Notes: generated by a model not told the origin, from the letters alone. A stretch of 56,513 nucleotides of DNA, filler included, from a bacterium (GCA_024278215.1; 3 parts of 3 records of this genome joined end to end with filler, not necessarily neighbours in it); one strand, 5' to 3'. Positions 16,758 to 26,220 are shown, numbered from the whole stretch's first letter. Translations and numbers: made by a program.

Positions 16758-18653
16758 TCAACCGTGAAAAATCGGTCTCTTGCTGACAAGTCGCGGCATG
16801 GGAATCCGCCGGAACGGCATCCCCTTGGACTCCGTGTGTATGCGATCGACCAGTTCGTCGAATGTCATTTTCTGTTGTTTGCCCGTCTCGCGTATGCGCA
16901 CCATCAGTTCGCCCGAATCAATCTCCTTCTGCCCGATTACAAGCACGTAAGGTATCCACTCGCGCTCGGAGTTGCGTATCTTTTTACTTACTGTGTCGGG
17001 CCTGTCGTCGAGGTCGCAGCGTATATTCGCCCTGTTGAACCTGTCGCATAGTCCGGTGGCGTATTCGAGGAATTCGTCTTTCACGGGGCAGAGCCGCACC
17101 TGCGTTGGTGCAAGCCATACCGGGAACATTGCCGGTTTTCCCTGGTTTATATCTATTGCGATATTCTCGAGGATCGTGCATAGAGTGCGCTCGATACTGC
17201 CGAAACTCGACGCGTGCAGAATCACCGGCACAGGGTGCTTTTTTCCGTCGTCGTCAACATAGCCGATGTCGAAGCGCTCGCCGTCTTTAACATCCCACTG
17301 CACCGTGGACACCTGTATATTGCTTTCGTCCTCGGTGATGCTCTGGAATTCGTTTTTGATCGCGTAATAATGCGTCATCTCCGGCATAAGTTTGAAGAAA
17401 GACGGAACCTTCATTGTTTTACATATACCGAGCAGCCACTCCTTGTTGTCCTCGTAGAAGTCGATCGTGCCCTCCCAGCCCAGCACCCAGCGACCCCGCG
17501 CGATGATGTCGTCCATCAGGCGCTGGAAAAGATAGCAGAGATCTTCGAATTCTTTTTTCGCCTCATCTGTTGTCGCGCAGGCCGCGTGCATGTCCGTCAT
17601 CATGAAGTTGCGCACACGCTTGAGACCGCTCACCTCGCCCTCCTGCTCGTTGCGGAAGCACGTGGCCTCCTCGTAGACCTTCAGGGGCGACTGCTTATGC
17701 GAGAAGCGGACCTTCTGCATGAATGGAAAGCCGAGCGGGTCGGAAGCGTAGCGCAGATAGCAGACGCCGCGCCCGCCGTCGACTTTGTAGTCGCGCTCGT
17801 GGAACTCGCCCATCAGCTCGCCTACTATATTATTGTCGCCTCGAATAATCAGCGGGTTCTTCATCTCCATCGCGCCCCATTCATGTGCCAGCATCCCGGC
17901 ATATTCCAGGATAAGTTTCTGGATGAAGAGCCCCTTCGGATACCATTTATAATGTCCCTTTTCCGACGCGTCGCAGTAGTCGACAAGCTCGAGACGCTGC
18001 ATGAATTCGATATGTTTAGGCGCGCGCGTCGTGTCCACGCCTTTGCCGAATTCGTTCGAAACAAATCGTTTGAGAAGTTTGTACACCGGCTTTTTTTTCT
18101 TGAAAATCGCGTTCTTTTTGAATTTGTCCGGCGTTACTTCATATTCGTTGCCTTCGATGTCCACGCAGATAAATTTTGTAAACTTGTCGCCCCTGACCTC
18201 ATCTTCGGACTTCTCCGCCTTTGCTTCTTCCTCATCAATAGAAAAGAAACCGCTCCATTCGGACAGAGGATGTCCCTTTGCGGAAACTTCGAATGCCTTG
18301 TACCAGCCGAACGGCGCACGCACCACCTCCAGTTTTTCCGCAAGCATCTTCTTAGCGTTTTTCAGCACAGAAAGCGCGGTGCGCGGCGACGAAGGGTCCT
18401 GTGTCAGGTGCACATAAGGATAAACAATAACCTTTTTAACCTTTAGTGTCTCCGCTCTCTTGAGTGTGTCGTCAATAAGCTTCCGCGTTACGACAAGAGG
18501 CGCGGCCTCGTCTGCTTTTTCAACGCCCACATAAACTACAATACAATCTTCTTCGAGACTGAATTCCGTCTGCGAAATCGATTCCGCCCCTTTCATGGCT
18601 TTTTCTGTCGCCTTGAATCGAAAATAATTTGTGTGTATACCAAGTGTCCTCAT
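16758..18653 (-). CDS. thrS: Threonyl-tRNA synthetase, archaeal type with archaeal editing domain
   Basis: N-terminal VYPYVHL...RAPFGWYKAFEVSAKGHPLSE editing domain; FRNEQEGEVSGLKRVRNFMMTDMH; ILHASSFGSIER; WLAPTQV anticodon domain; RBS GGGGAG. Confidence 0.93.
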   Translation of the reverse strand: MRTLGIHTNYFRFKATEKAMKGAESISQTEFSLEEDCIVVYVGVEKADEAAPLVVTRKLIDDTLKRAETLKVKKVIVYPYVHLTQDPSSPRTALSVLKNAKKMLAEKLEVVRAPFGWYKAFEVSAKGHPLSEWSGFFSIDEEEAKAEKSEDEVRGDKFTKFICVDIEGNEYEVTPDKFKKNAIFKKKKPVYKLLKRFVSNEFGKGVDTTRAPKHIEFMQRLELVDYCDASEKGHYKWYPKGLFIQKLILEYAGMLAHEWGAMEMKNPLIIRGDNNIVGELMGEFHERDYKVDGGRGVCYLRYASDPLGFPFMQKVRFSHKQSPLKVYEEATCFRNEQEGEVSGLKRVRNFMMTDMHAACATTDEAKKEFEDLCYLFQRLMDDIIARGRWVLGWEGTIDFYEDNKEWLLGICKTMKVPSFFKLMPEMTHYYAIKNEFQSITEDESNIQVSTVQWDVKDGERFDIGYVDDDGKKHPVPVILHASSFGSIERTLCTILENIAIDINQGKPAMFPVWLAPTQVRLCPVKDEFLEYATGLCDRFNRANIRCDLDDRPDTVSKKIRNSEREWIPYVLVIGQKEIDSGELMVRIRETGKQQKMTFDELVDRIHTESKGMPFRRIPMPRLVSKRPIFHG

Positions 18654-18709
18654 GTTGAATCTCCCCGCGCCGGCCGCATCGCGCCCACCGATAATTAAAA
18701 CAGTGAAGA

Positions 18710-18738
18710 ATTATACAACTTTTGTTTTGTATCCTCAA
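18710..18738 (-). promoter_or_regulatory. Sigma70-type promoter for thrS-hisS
   Basis: Minus strand TTGAGG, 17-bp spacer, TATAAT. Confidence 0.5.
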
Positions 18739-18750
18739 ACAAACGCGGGG

Positions 18751-18815
18751 GCCGCCGCAACGCAGTGGAATGGGCATTCTTCCGGTTTTCCGGATTTCTT
18801 TGTGAGAAATCCGGT
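18751..18815 (+). mobile_element. Family-B MITE right part
   Basis: gccgccgcaacgcagt...ttttccggatttctttgtgagaaatccggt followed by CTAA; matches about 50950-51014. Confidence 0.8.
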
Positions 18816-18819
18816 CTAA

Positions 18820-18915
18820 ACTCAATACCGGTCACTTAAAGCGATAAAGAATCATAATATCATGATAAACACTGACTTTTGAGCATCTATATTACTTGAG
18901 TGACTGGTATTGGGT
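18820..18915. mobile_element. Family-D MITE (96 bp) with CTAA target duplication
   Basis: 20-bp terminal inverted repeats ACTCAATACCGGTCACTTAA / TTGAGTGACTGGTATTGGGT (3 mismatches); CTAA at 18816-18819 and 18916-18919. Confidence 0.8.
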
Positions 18916-18933
18916 CTAAACTCTTAAACCCCG

Positions 18934-19006
18934 TGTGCCGTGCTCAAACCGCATTTGTTTGGGCACGAAAATGCGACCTTTTTGGTTCCGGCTACGCCGT
19001 GTTGGG
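18934..19006 (+). repeat. Family-C dispersed repeat, copy 2
   Basis: Matches 12656-12728. Confidence 0.75.
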
Positions 19007-19007
19007 T

Positions 19008-21020
19008 TTAAATCTTTGTTCTTACTATCTTTTTTTTCTCTGTGTCAATTCGGAATATACATTTTCTTACTGTTGATTCTATTCGCTCGGAATAGCCGCC
19101 GACTTTTATAAAGACTCCGGGATTTACCTTGTCGTAGGCTGCGACCCTGAACGGCAACGACATTTTCTCGACAGCTTCACGTGCTTTCTTGACTTTCGCG
19201 CCGCGAAGTTTTGTTTTTTCCGACAGTACATCGAAAGCCATAATCAGTTTTTTGTACATAAGGGCTTCCTCGCGCGATATCTTCGACACTTTCGCCCTGC
19301 TCCTGAGCGCGGCAATCTGTTTTGTGATTGCCGCGTGGCTGTTCACCAGATGGACAAATTCCTGCGCCGAGTGTTCGAAACGCACCCTGACTGCAAATGG
19401 AACACCCGCCTCGATGCTTGTCCGAGCAGGCGGCATCGAACCGAATATCTGCAATTCGACATCACCGGCAGCCACCACTCGACCGCCGGCAATAAAGCAT
19501 TTGTTGCCATTCATCGACATGACATTCGCCCCGGATATCAATTGTACCTGGCTGGCGCCGTCATGCAGATAAATGCTTCCGCCCGCAAGCAATCTCGACT
19601 TTTCAACTCCCCCCAGGTACATGTCTCCGCCGGACTGTACTTTGCTTTTCACGCAATTCCTGACATATCCGTCGACCCGCAACTTGCCGCCTGCGATGAC
19701 TTCCGCGCTCTGGATGTCGCCGTCTACCAGAATATGATGCCCGGCTACAATTGCGCTTCCGGCGGCGACATTGCCCCTGACATGCACAATGCCCGGATAG
19801 TCTATCTTTCTGCCCGGCACTGTCTTTTTCTCTATCTCCATACATTCGACAACACAGTAGGCGTCCTTCATTCTGCTGACATAGCCGTCGATTGTTGAAA
19901 ACAGTTTCAGTCCGTCGTCGCTGAGCCGTGTGTTATCTCCCGCAACGAGTTCGATGTCGCTTCCTTCGGGCGCGGGTACCGGCTCATCCAGTACGTTTCT
20001 ACCCCTGACACCTTTTCCCGGCGGTGTTTTTTCCACGATAAGCTGGTCCCTGGCTACTTTGAACAGTATCTGATTTTCCTGTGCGCCGTCTTTGAAAAGT
20101 TCCTTGATTTTCGCGGAGGGCCCGGTCAACGGTGGTTCGCCCGACGCGATTTTTATTACGGTTGTGTTGAAGATTCTGCTCGGAACACGCCTGTGCAGCA
20201 TCGGCTCGATCCCGAACTGGATGCCGTGCTGAGCAAGCAGGCCGTGGAAAAAAGCTTCGTCGTGATCGGGCTGCTTGCGTATGCCCGGAATGATGGCCAG
20301 AGCGGCTTCCATGTTGTTTTTCCTGAATTTGACTTCATAGCGCCATTCGTCGTAGTCGTGGTCACGCACTTCGACAACCCCGTTCGATAGTCCCGCCAGT
20401 CCGGGCATGGCGGATATTAAAGACAATCCGTCTTCAGAGATCCGCAGGTTGTTTCCGTACTCGAACTGCAAGTCCGCGCCGGCTTTGGGCTTTATGCGGC
20501 GGCCACGAACCGTGTAGCCCGGCACTCCGGGTGTCGCAGGTTTTTTCTCAAGCACAGGCTGGTCGAGGTCGACTTCAACACCTGTCACGATTCTCTGGCC
20601 GGGAAAGTTTTTCGCCATCTCAGGTGTCATGAATTCTTCCAGTTCCACAAGTGGCGTTATCTCGGCATCCGTCCCGTCCTCGGGTGCGAAACCCTCGGCT
20701 ATCAGTATTTTTTCATTTATTCTCCTGTTTTCGACGATGTCCGTTATCTGGTCATAAAATATGTTGATGCGTACACCTTTTTTAAAGATTTTACTTATGA
20801 TGTCGAACTCCGTGATGCCGCATTCCCTGTCGACAGCGATTACTTTAACATACGCTTCCATTGCGCCGCGTGCCACCTCGCATTGCACGCTGAATGTTTT
20901 CTTTTTCGACTCGACAGGTAGTGTGTCGACCCTGAAGAGAGCTTCCTGTTGTTTTTTTATCAACTCTTTTTTCAGCATTTCGTCCTCCGGCTCGAGTTTG
21001 CGAACCAGTGTTTCCCCCAA
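19008..21020 (-). CDS. FapA/DUF342 family protein with duplicated N-terminal domain
   Basis: Two repeats of MEA...GxxPxxG...EKxPxxxGxxGxxV...GxNxRxSxDGLxL, then beta-helix (IDYPGIVHVRGNV, IAGGRV, TSIEAG) and coiled coil. Confidence 0.82.
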   Translation of the reverse strand: MGETLVRKLEPEDEMLKKELIKKQQEALFRVDTLPVESKKKTFSVQCEVARGAMEAYVKVIAVDRECGITEFDIISKIFKKGVRINIFYDQITDIVENRRINEKILIAEGFAPEDGTDAEITPLVELEEFMTPEMAKNFPGQRIVTGVEVDLDQPVLEKKPATPGVPGYTVRGRRIKPKAGADLQFEYGNNLRISEDGLSLISAMPGLAGLSNGVVEVRDHDYDEWRYEVKFRKNNMEAALAIIPGIRKQPDHDEAFFHGLLAQHGIQFGIEPMLHRRVPSRIFNTTVIKIASGEPPLTGPSAKIKELFKDGAQENQILFKVARDQLIVEKTPPGKGVRGRNVLDEPVPAPEGSDIELVAGDNTRLSDDGLKLFSTIDGYVSRMKDAYCVVECMEIEKKTVPGRKIDYPGIVHVRGNVAAGSAIVAGHHILVDGDIQSAEVIAGGKLRVDGYVRNCVKSKVQSGGDMYLGGVEKSRLLAGGSIYLHDGASQVQLISGANVMSMNGNKCFIAGGRVVAAGDVELQIFGSMPPARTSIEAGVPFAVRVRFEHSAQEFVHLVNSHAAITKQIAALRSRAKVSKISREEALMYKKLIMAFDVLSEKTKLRGAKVKKAREAVEKMSLPFRVAAYDKVNPGVFIKVGGYSERIESTVRKCIFRIDTEKKKIVRTKI

Positions 21021-21064
21021 TCACCTGAACATTTCCTGATATGGCAACTCTAAAAATCGCTTAA

Positions 21065-21086
21065 CCGCATTGGTGAAATATGCGGG
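21065..21086 (-). repeat. Family-B end (reverse) followed by CTAA
   Basis: ccgcattggtgaaatatgcggg|ctaa. Confidence 0.75.
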
Positions 21087-21090
21087 CTAA

Positions 21091-21221
21091 ATACAATACT
21101 GTTTACTTAAGGTCATGCCCGGCCACAGGCGGGACGCCTGTGCTACTGTATCTCACAGCATCGCGGCAGTACGACAGGCGTCTCGCCTGTCGTAAAAAGC
21201 ATTAAGTAAACGGTACTGGGG
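21091..21221. mobile_element. Family-D-like element with internal REP-like palindromes
   Basis: Ends caatactgtttacttaa / ttaagtaaacggtactg; inside acaggcgggacgcctgtgctac and acgacaggcgtctcgcctgtcgt. Confidence 0.7.
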
Positions 21222-21224
21222 CTG

Positions 21225-22346
21225 CTAAATATCATCGACCACACCGACAGCCATCCTGTCGGGTTCGTCCAGAAGGTTCACAACTATTTCCTTCGAGTAC
21301 ACCTTGCCGTTTCTGTCCAGAACGAGTTTTACTTCGGGAAGAAACAGGTTTTCAGGATTGCTGCGCACAACGACACCGACCTCGCCCGAGTTGAGCATAA
21401 GCAGTGTGCTAATGGGATAGATGCCTACAACGCTGATGAAGTTCTCGAACGCGCCGGGATGGTACATGTGCCTCTGAGCCATGATCATCTTTACAGCTTC
21501 GTGCATGTGAAACGAACGCCGGTAGGGACGATCAGCCGTCATCGCTTCGAAGTGATCTATCAGCGTCGCGAGATGAACAAGCGGCGGCAGCGAATCGATG
21601 CGGATGTCGGACGGATAACCTGTTCCGTCCGCATAAACGTGATGCCCGATCGCAACAAGCAGCGCGAGCGGGTCGATACCCGGAACCTGTTTCAGGGCGT
21701 CCCATCCCTGTTGCGGGTGGTTCCTGATGGTCGATACTTCCTTCTCGCTGAGTTTTCCGCCTATTTTCAAATATTCTTCCGGCACCATCAGGAGTCCGGT
21801 ATCGTGCAGGAGCATAGCCGTCGAGAAAGCTGTAATTTCGTGTGCGGGATAATTAAGGTTTGTCGCGATGAAAGAAGCTATGACGCTGCATTCGACCGAA
21901 TGCAGATAGACATACGAAGCATGTTTTTTCATTTGCGAGAGCTTGAGTGGGACATCGGGATTGTCGGAAGTTCCTTCGACCATCTCGGAGATTGTCTGCT
22001 CGATTGAGCCGAAGTTCTTATCTTCAGCCCTGGAGCCTATTCTCTCAAAAAATTCTGTGCAGCCTTTGTCCAGTTCCTCTTTTGTTTTCTGTGACACGAT
22101 TTCATCGAATTCGAGCTTTTTAATAATTTCATCCCTGAAAGCTTTCTTGACTTTCCTGGGTTTCTTCTTTATGCCGTCCGTCAGACGGGGTTCTTCTTCG
22201 ACGATCCATGCTGAAAGTTTATCGATGAGTTCCCGAGTGACCATTGTCCCCTTGCGACACAAAATGATCGAACCGTCCATCGAGGTAATGTCTTCGCTCA
22301 GAGGTTCGTCGACCACGACCGAAACTTTTTTCTGTTTTTTCGCCAT
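21225..22346 (-). CDS. HD-GYP domain cyclic-dinucleotide phosphodiesterase
   Basis: YLHSVE, LLHDTG, NHPQQG, GHHVYADGTGYP, DHFEAMTADRPYR, C-terminal YPISTLLMLNSGEVGVV. ATG 22346 overlaps the upstream stop (TGATG). Confidence 0.88.
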   Translation of the reverse strand: MAKKQKKVSVVVDEPLSEDITSMDGSIILCRKGTMVTRELIDKLSAWIVEEEPRLTDGIKKKPRKVKKAFRDEIIKKLEFDEIVSQKTKEELDKGCTEFFERIGSRAEDKNFGSIEQTISEMVEGTSDNPDVPLKLSQMKKHASYVYLHSVECSVIASFIATNLNYPAHEITAFSTAMLLHDTGLLMVPEEYLKIGGKLSEKEVSTIRNHPQQGWDALKQVPGIDPLALLVAIGHHVYADGTGYPSDIRIDSLPPLVHLATLIDHFEAMTADRPYRRSFHMHEAVKMIMAQRHMYHPGAFENFISVVGIYPISTLLMLNSGEVGVVVRSNPENLFLPEVKLVLDRNGKVYSKEIVVNLLDEPDRMAVGVVDDI

Positions 22347-22846
22347 CAGCTTTTCTTTTTCTTTGTCAGCACGGTTATGTCGAAGAACTTCGAATCTCCT
22401 TTGACCCTGCAACCCGTGTCCCTGATTTTCAAGACTTCCGCAAGCATTCTATTCAGTCTTCCTGCTGTGAAAAAACATTCGAGAAAACATATTGGGCCGA
22501 AAGACTCCATGTGATTGGCTTCCGCCGGCGGCACTTCATCCACGAGCAGTACAACCCGTGTCGTTCCTTTCTTCTTCAGGTCGGAAACCCTGCCCAGCAG
22601 TTCATAGCGTGTGCTTTCCGCTCCCGTACTGGCATCAATAATATAAATGTCGTGAGTGCCGTTCTTCACATTTTGCATGAAATCTGTTGTGTTGCGGCAT
22701 TGTTCGAGGTCGAAATGTCGCTTTGAGATTGAGGTGTCAAGCATTATCCGGGTGGACATTTCACGAGTGAAAGCAAGCACCTTCAATTGCTGTGACACCG
22801 TCTTGCCCTGTTTTTGATTGAGTCCGTCATTGGCTGCGATTGCCAT
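22346..22846 (-). CDS. Hypothetical protein with degenerate receiver-like fold
   Basis: ATG 22846 with SD GAGGGTG; LKVLAF...HDIYIID...RVVLL alternating beta/alpha pattern; translationally coupled to HD-GYP. Confidence 0.55.
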   Translation of the reverse strand: MAIAANDGLNQKQGKTVSQQLKVLAFTREMSTRIMLDTSISKRHFDLEQCRNTTDFMQNVKNGTHDIYIIDASTGAESTRYELLGRVSDLKKKGTTRVVLLVDEVPPAEANHMESFGPICFLECFFTAGRLNRMLAEVLKIRDTGCRVKGDSKFFDITVLTKKKKS

Positions 22847-22869
22847 GCTACACCCTCGAATAATCTTTC

Positions 22870-22908
22870 GAGCCGATTGCAAAATTCTGATTCTGCCGCG
22901 GCTGCAAT
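22870..22908 (-). repeat. Family-A end fragment
   Basis: gagccgattgcaaaattctgattctgccgcggctgcaat. Confidence 0.65.
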
Positions 22909-22972
22909 CGGCTTCCTTGAATAATCTTAATAACTCTAATAGCAGCAAGTCCGGGATTGTTCCCGCCGCCGC

Positions 22973-24100
22973 CTAATTTTCAATAAGCCGCGACACTGCG
23001 GATGCGATATCCGACGGGTCGAGCGCATCCATGCAGTTCGGTGAAATATCGCATCTACTGCGGTAGCATGGCGAACAATCAAGCGGCGTGATGATCTTGC
23101 AGCCAGTGTCATACAGATCAATTTCCTGGCTGCACGTCGGGCCGAACAGCGCGACGACTTCGCGCTCCAGGGCTGTCGCTATATGAAGCGCAAGCGTGTC
23201 GCCGCACAGGATTACATCCAGTTCCCCGACATAAGCGGCAAACATTCTGACATCTTCAGTGATAACGTACGGCAGATCATGTGATATTTCCGATAGCGAC
23301 TCGACTTTCCGCCCGTCCGCCGGGCCGCCCATCAGCAACAGTGTCGTTTCCGGCCCGCATTTCTTGTTTATCGCTTCTATGATCTCTTCCCATTTAGCCG
23401 CGGACGGCGCTTTGTTTGCGAATGTCGCACCGGCGGCTGGTATTATTCCGATAAGTTTTTTCGCCGGGCCTCCGACCGTTTCTGCCGCGAACTTCTTTCC
23501 TATTTTCTTTTCGGCCTCCGTAAGATTCAGTACGGGCCTGTCGCGGCCGGGCTCGAGCGCGCATACTTCCCTGATCATATCCTGGTATGTCTTTTGGTTT
23601 TTCTCGAACTTCAAGTCGTCAGAAAGACCAAGGCTGAAGTAATACTCCGCGTCGGCATCAAGAGGGAACGGGGCGCCTGATTCGCTGAGCCCGATCCCTT
23701 TTTTTGTGTCGCACGCCGTCATCATTGCAAGTCCGCATTCGGCAACTGTTTTATCCAGGGAATACACAGAGTCGAAGCGCCTCGGCAGAATCGCGGGCGC
23801 GACCGCATCCTCCATAGTCAGCAGTTCGTCGATATAAGGATTATTTACGAGAAGGGGCAGCGATTCGGCCCGTGCGATCCAGGTGATTTTCGCGCCGGGC
23901 CGGCTCTTTCGCAGTGCGGGCAGTATAGCTGTAGTGCGCAGCACATCACCCATTGCCGCGGTTTTTATTATCAGTATTCGCTCATTCCACGGTTCATAAT
24001 GGCCGCACCCGTCGCACAGTCTCGCAAAGCCGCACGGTTTTTCGCCGACGTAATGTCTGCAATCCGTTTTTATTTCCATTAAGTTGTCATCCCGGCTCAA
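22973..24100 (-). CDS. Glycosyltransferase family 9 (heptosyltransferase-like)
   Basis: ILIIKTAAMGDVLRT, NNPYIDE, CGDTLALHIATAL, VALFGPT, CSPCY; N-terminal CRHY..KPC. Confidence 0.9.
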   Translation of the reverse strand: MSRDDNLMEIKTDCRHYVGEKPCGFARLCDGCGHYEPWNERILIIKTAAMGDVLRTTAILPALRKSRPGAKITWIARAESLPLLVNNPYIDELLTMEDAVAPAILPRRFDSVYSLDKTVAECGLAMMTACDTKKGIGLSESGAPFPLDADAEYYFSLGLSDDLKFEKNQKTYQDMIREVCALEPGRDRPVLNLTEAEKKIGKKFAAETVGGPAKKLIGIIPAAGATFANKAPSAAKWEEIIEAINKKCGPETTLLLMGGPADGRKVESLSEISHDLPYVITEDVRMFAAYVGELDVILCGDTLALHIATALEREVVALFGPTCSQEIDLYDTGCKIITPLDCSPCYRSRCDISPNCMDALDPSDIASAVSRLIEN

Positions 24101-24129
24101 TGGTTTTATTAATAATATTGTTGGGACTT

Positions 24130-24159
24130 ATTATAGGATCACTTCACATAACAGGTCAA
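24130..24159 (-). promoter_or_regulatory. Sigma70-type promoter for GT9 operon
   Basis: Minus strand TTGACC, 18-bp spacer, TATAAT. Confidence 0.5.
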
Positions 24160-24220
24160 GAAAACCGGCTTTCGCCCGTTGATTATTGGATTTGAATATC
24201 AAAAACCAAGTATTATACCC

Positions 24221-24268
24221 GGACAATAGCAGCCGACCGCAGCAGAATCAGAATTTTGCAATTGGCTC
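24221..24268 (+). repeat. Family-A right-end fragment
   Basis: ggacaatagcagccgaccgcagcagaatcagaattttgcaattggctc. Confidence 0.8.
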
Positions 24269-24465
24269 TTACTACTGTCGTGTCAACTTTATGTTGACGT
24301 ATGAAGGGCGGGGTCACCGTATCCCGCCTCAACAACCTTTGCCTGCACAAACAGTTTCCGCGTAATATCCCCTCACTGCACCTCTCCGAGCCTACTACAC
24401 ACTATCGCCGGCAGCCGTGGTTCGCCGGTAGTCGCGGATGTATCGGGCAGGTTTTTCAACAGTGT

Positions 24466-26220
24466 TTATCTATATGAGTTTTTCGCTGCTTTGCGTTTTT
24501 TACCTGTTGCTTTCCTCTTTTTTCCAGTCGTTTTTTTCGAGCCGGTGATTCTTGATATATTCAATTGTTGTTTTCCGACTCGCGCTTTTTTAAGTATTTG
24601 AAATATCTCACGCGGCATTCCGGTAGGAAGTTCCAGCGTCGTGTATTTCTCGTGCATTCTGAGGTTGCATATATACTCGCTGCCAATGCCTGCTTCGCTG
24701 GCGATGGTGCCTACGACGTTTCCCGGTTTTGCGCCGTGCACATGTCCGACTTCGACGCGGAACAGTTCCCTGCTGACGACTGTCGCCATGGATTGTCCGG
24801 TGTTTCCGCGGTCATGCGGGCCGATGTTGTGTGTGTTTATCTTTTTTGTGGTTTCCGGCCCGGAGGGAGCTGCTTTCGATTTACCCTTTGTTGTATCCTT
24901 AACAAGGAATTGCTTGTTCCCCTCGATCTGTTTTGCAAGCGCGGCGGCTACTTCCAGTGCCGAAACATTATTCTCATGCTGGTATTCACTTATGAGCTGG
25001 GAGAAAAAAGAAAGGTCCTTATCCCGAATTGTGGCGGTGATGTTTTCCTTGAACCGGGCTATTCGTTTATTGTTGATAGCTTTTGCAGACGGTTGGCCCA
25101 TGAGTAATATTTTCTGTCTCGTGGCTCTTTCGATGGCACGCAACATGTGCTTTGCCCTGTTGGTTACGAAAAGGATCGTTTCACCTCTGCGCCCGGCTCT
25201 CCCGGTTCGGCCTACTCTGTGGATGTATGTCTTAGTATCCTGCGGTATGTCGTAATTTATAACATGGCTGATGCGGTCGACATCCAGGCCTCTTGCGGCA
25301 ACATCCGTTGCGACAAGGATATCAATCTTTCCACTTTTGAAACGCGCGACTGTCCGCTCGCGCAGGCTCTGTTTTATGTCTCCATTGAGCGCCTCCGCTT
25401 CATATCCGTGCGACTCGAGTTTTCCCACAAGTTCTATCGTGGCAACCTTGGTGCGCACAAAAACCAGCATGCCGTCGAACTGTTCCGACTCGATTATGCG
25501 AGTCAGGGCTTCGACTTTGCCGGTGTGATTCACCAGAATGTACCGTTGTTTTATTGTCAGCGGCGCGGCAGTGCGCAATTTAACAATAATTTCTTCGGGT
25601 TCCTTCATGTGTTGCTGGGCGATCCTGCGGATCGACAACGGCATCGTTGCGGAAAACAAGGCAGTCTGTCGTTCGTCCGGTGTTTGTTCCAGAATCCATG
25701 TGATGTCGTCGATGAATCCCATTTGCAGCATTTCATCAGCTTCATCCAGCACAAGGCATGAGAGGTTTCCAAGCTTCAGCGTGCCGCGGCGCATGTGGTC
25801 CATTACGCGGCCTGGAGTTCCCACGACGATATGGGCGCCACTTCTCAGGCGCTTCAATTGCCCACGATAATCCTGCCCCCCGTAAACCGGTAGAATAGAC
25901 ACACGCCTCATTCGCGCGGAATATTGTTTGAAGGCATCCGACAACTGAATAGCAAGTTCTCTTGTAGGAACAAGCACCAGAGCCTGGGTCCGCATATCTT
26001 CAGGGTCGATCATCGACAGAATAGGCATCGCGAACGCAGCTGTCTTGCCTGTTCCCGTCTGGGCCTGGCCGATAACATCTCTTCCGGCCAGCATGCCCGG
26101 TATCACCAGCGTCTGAATAGGTGTCGGCCTTTCAAACCCGATATCATCCAGGACACACATCACGGATTCAATCAAACCCATGTTCTCGAATGAAGGTTGC
26201 AACGATAAATCTAAAGACAT
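24466..26220 (-). CDS. deaD: DEAD-box RNA helicase DeaD/CsdA with DbpA RNA-binding domain
   Basis: Q motif, AQTGTGKT, PTRELA, TPGR, DEADEM, SAT, ARGLD, HRVGRTGRAG; C-terminal FRVEVG...KPGNVVG; basic tail. Confidence 0.93.
   Translation of the reverse strand: MSLDLSLQPSFENMGLIESVMCVLDDIGFERPTPIQTLVIPGMLAGRDVIGQAQTGTGKTAAFAMPILSMIDPEDMRTQALVLVPTRELAIQLSDAFKQYSARMRRVSILPVYGGQDYRGQLKRLRSGAHIVVGTPGRVMDHMRRGTLKLGNLSCLVLDEADEMLQMGFIDDITWILEQTPDERQTALFSATMPLSIRRIAQQHMKEPEEIIVKLRTAAPLTIKQRYILVNHTGKVEALTRIIESEQFDGMLVFVRTKVATIELVGKLESHGYEAEALNGDIKQSLRERTVARFKSGKIDILVATDVAARGLDVDRISHVINYDIPQDTKTYIHRVGRTGRAGRRGETILFVTNRAKHMLRAIERATRQKILLMGQPSAKAINNKRIARFKENITATIRDKDLSFFSQLISEYQHENNVSALEVAAALAKQIEGNKQFLVKDTTKGKSKAAPSGPETTKKINTHNIGPHDRGNTGQSMATVVSRELFRVEVGHVHGAKPGNVVGTIASEAGIGSEYICNLRMHEKYTTLELPTGMPREIFQILKKARVGKQQLNISRITGSKKTTGKKRKATGKKRKAAKNSYR

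Noticed and set aside
17214-18446. Long antisense ORFs (also 30727-31614, 52881-53984, 54243-55727)
   Set aside because: Shadows of well-supported genes on the opposite strand, expected from codon bias in GC-rich DNA.
18654-18710. T-box riboswitch before thrS (AATTATCGGTGGGCGCG on minus)
   Set aside because: Lacks the ACC of the T-box bulge, and the predicted promoter leaves only about 50 nt of leader.
22847-22948. Longer start for the receiver-like ORF
   Set aside because: The extension is a family-A fragment; a good SD precedes ATG 22846.
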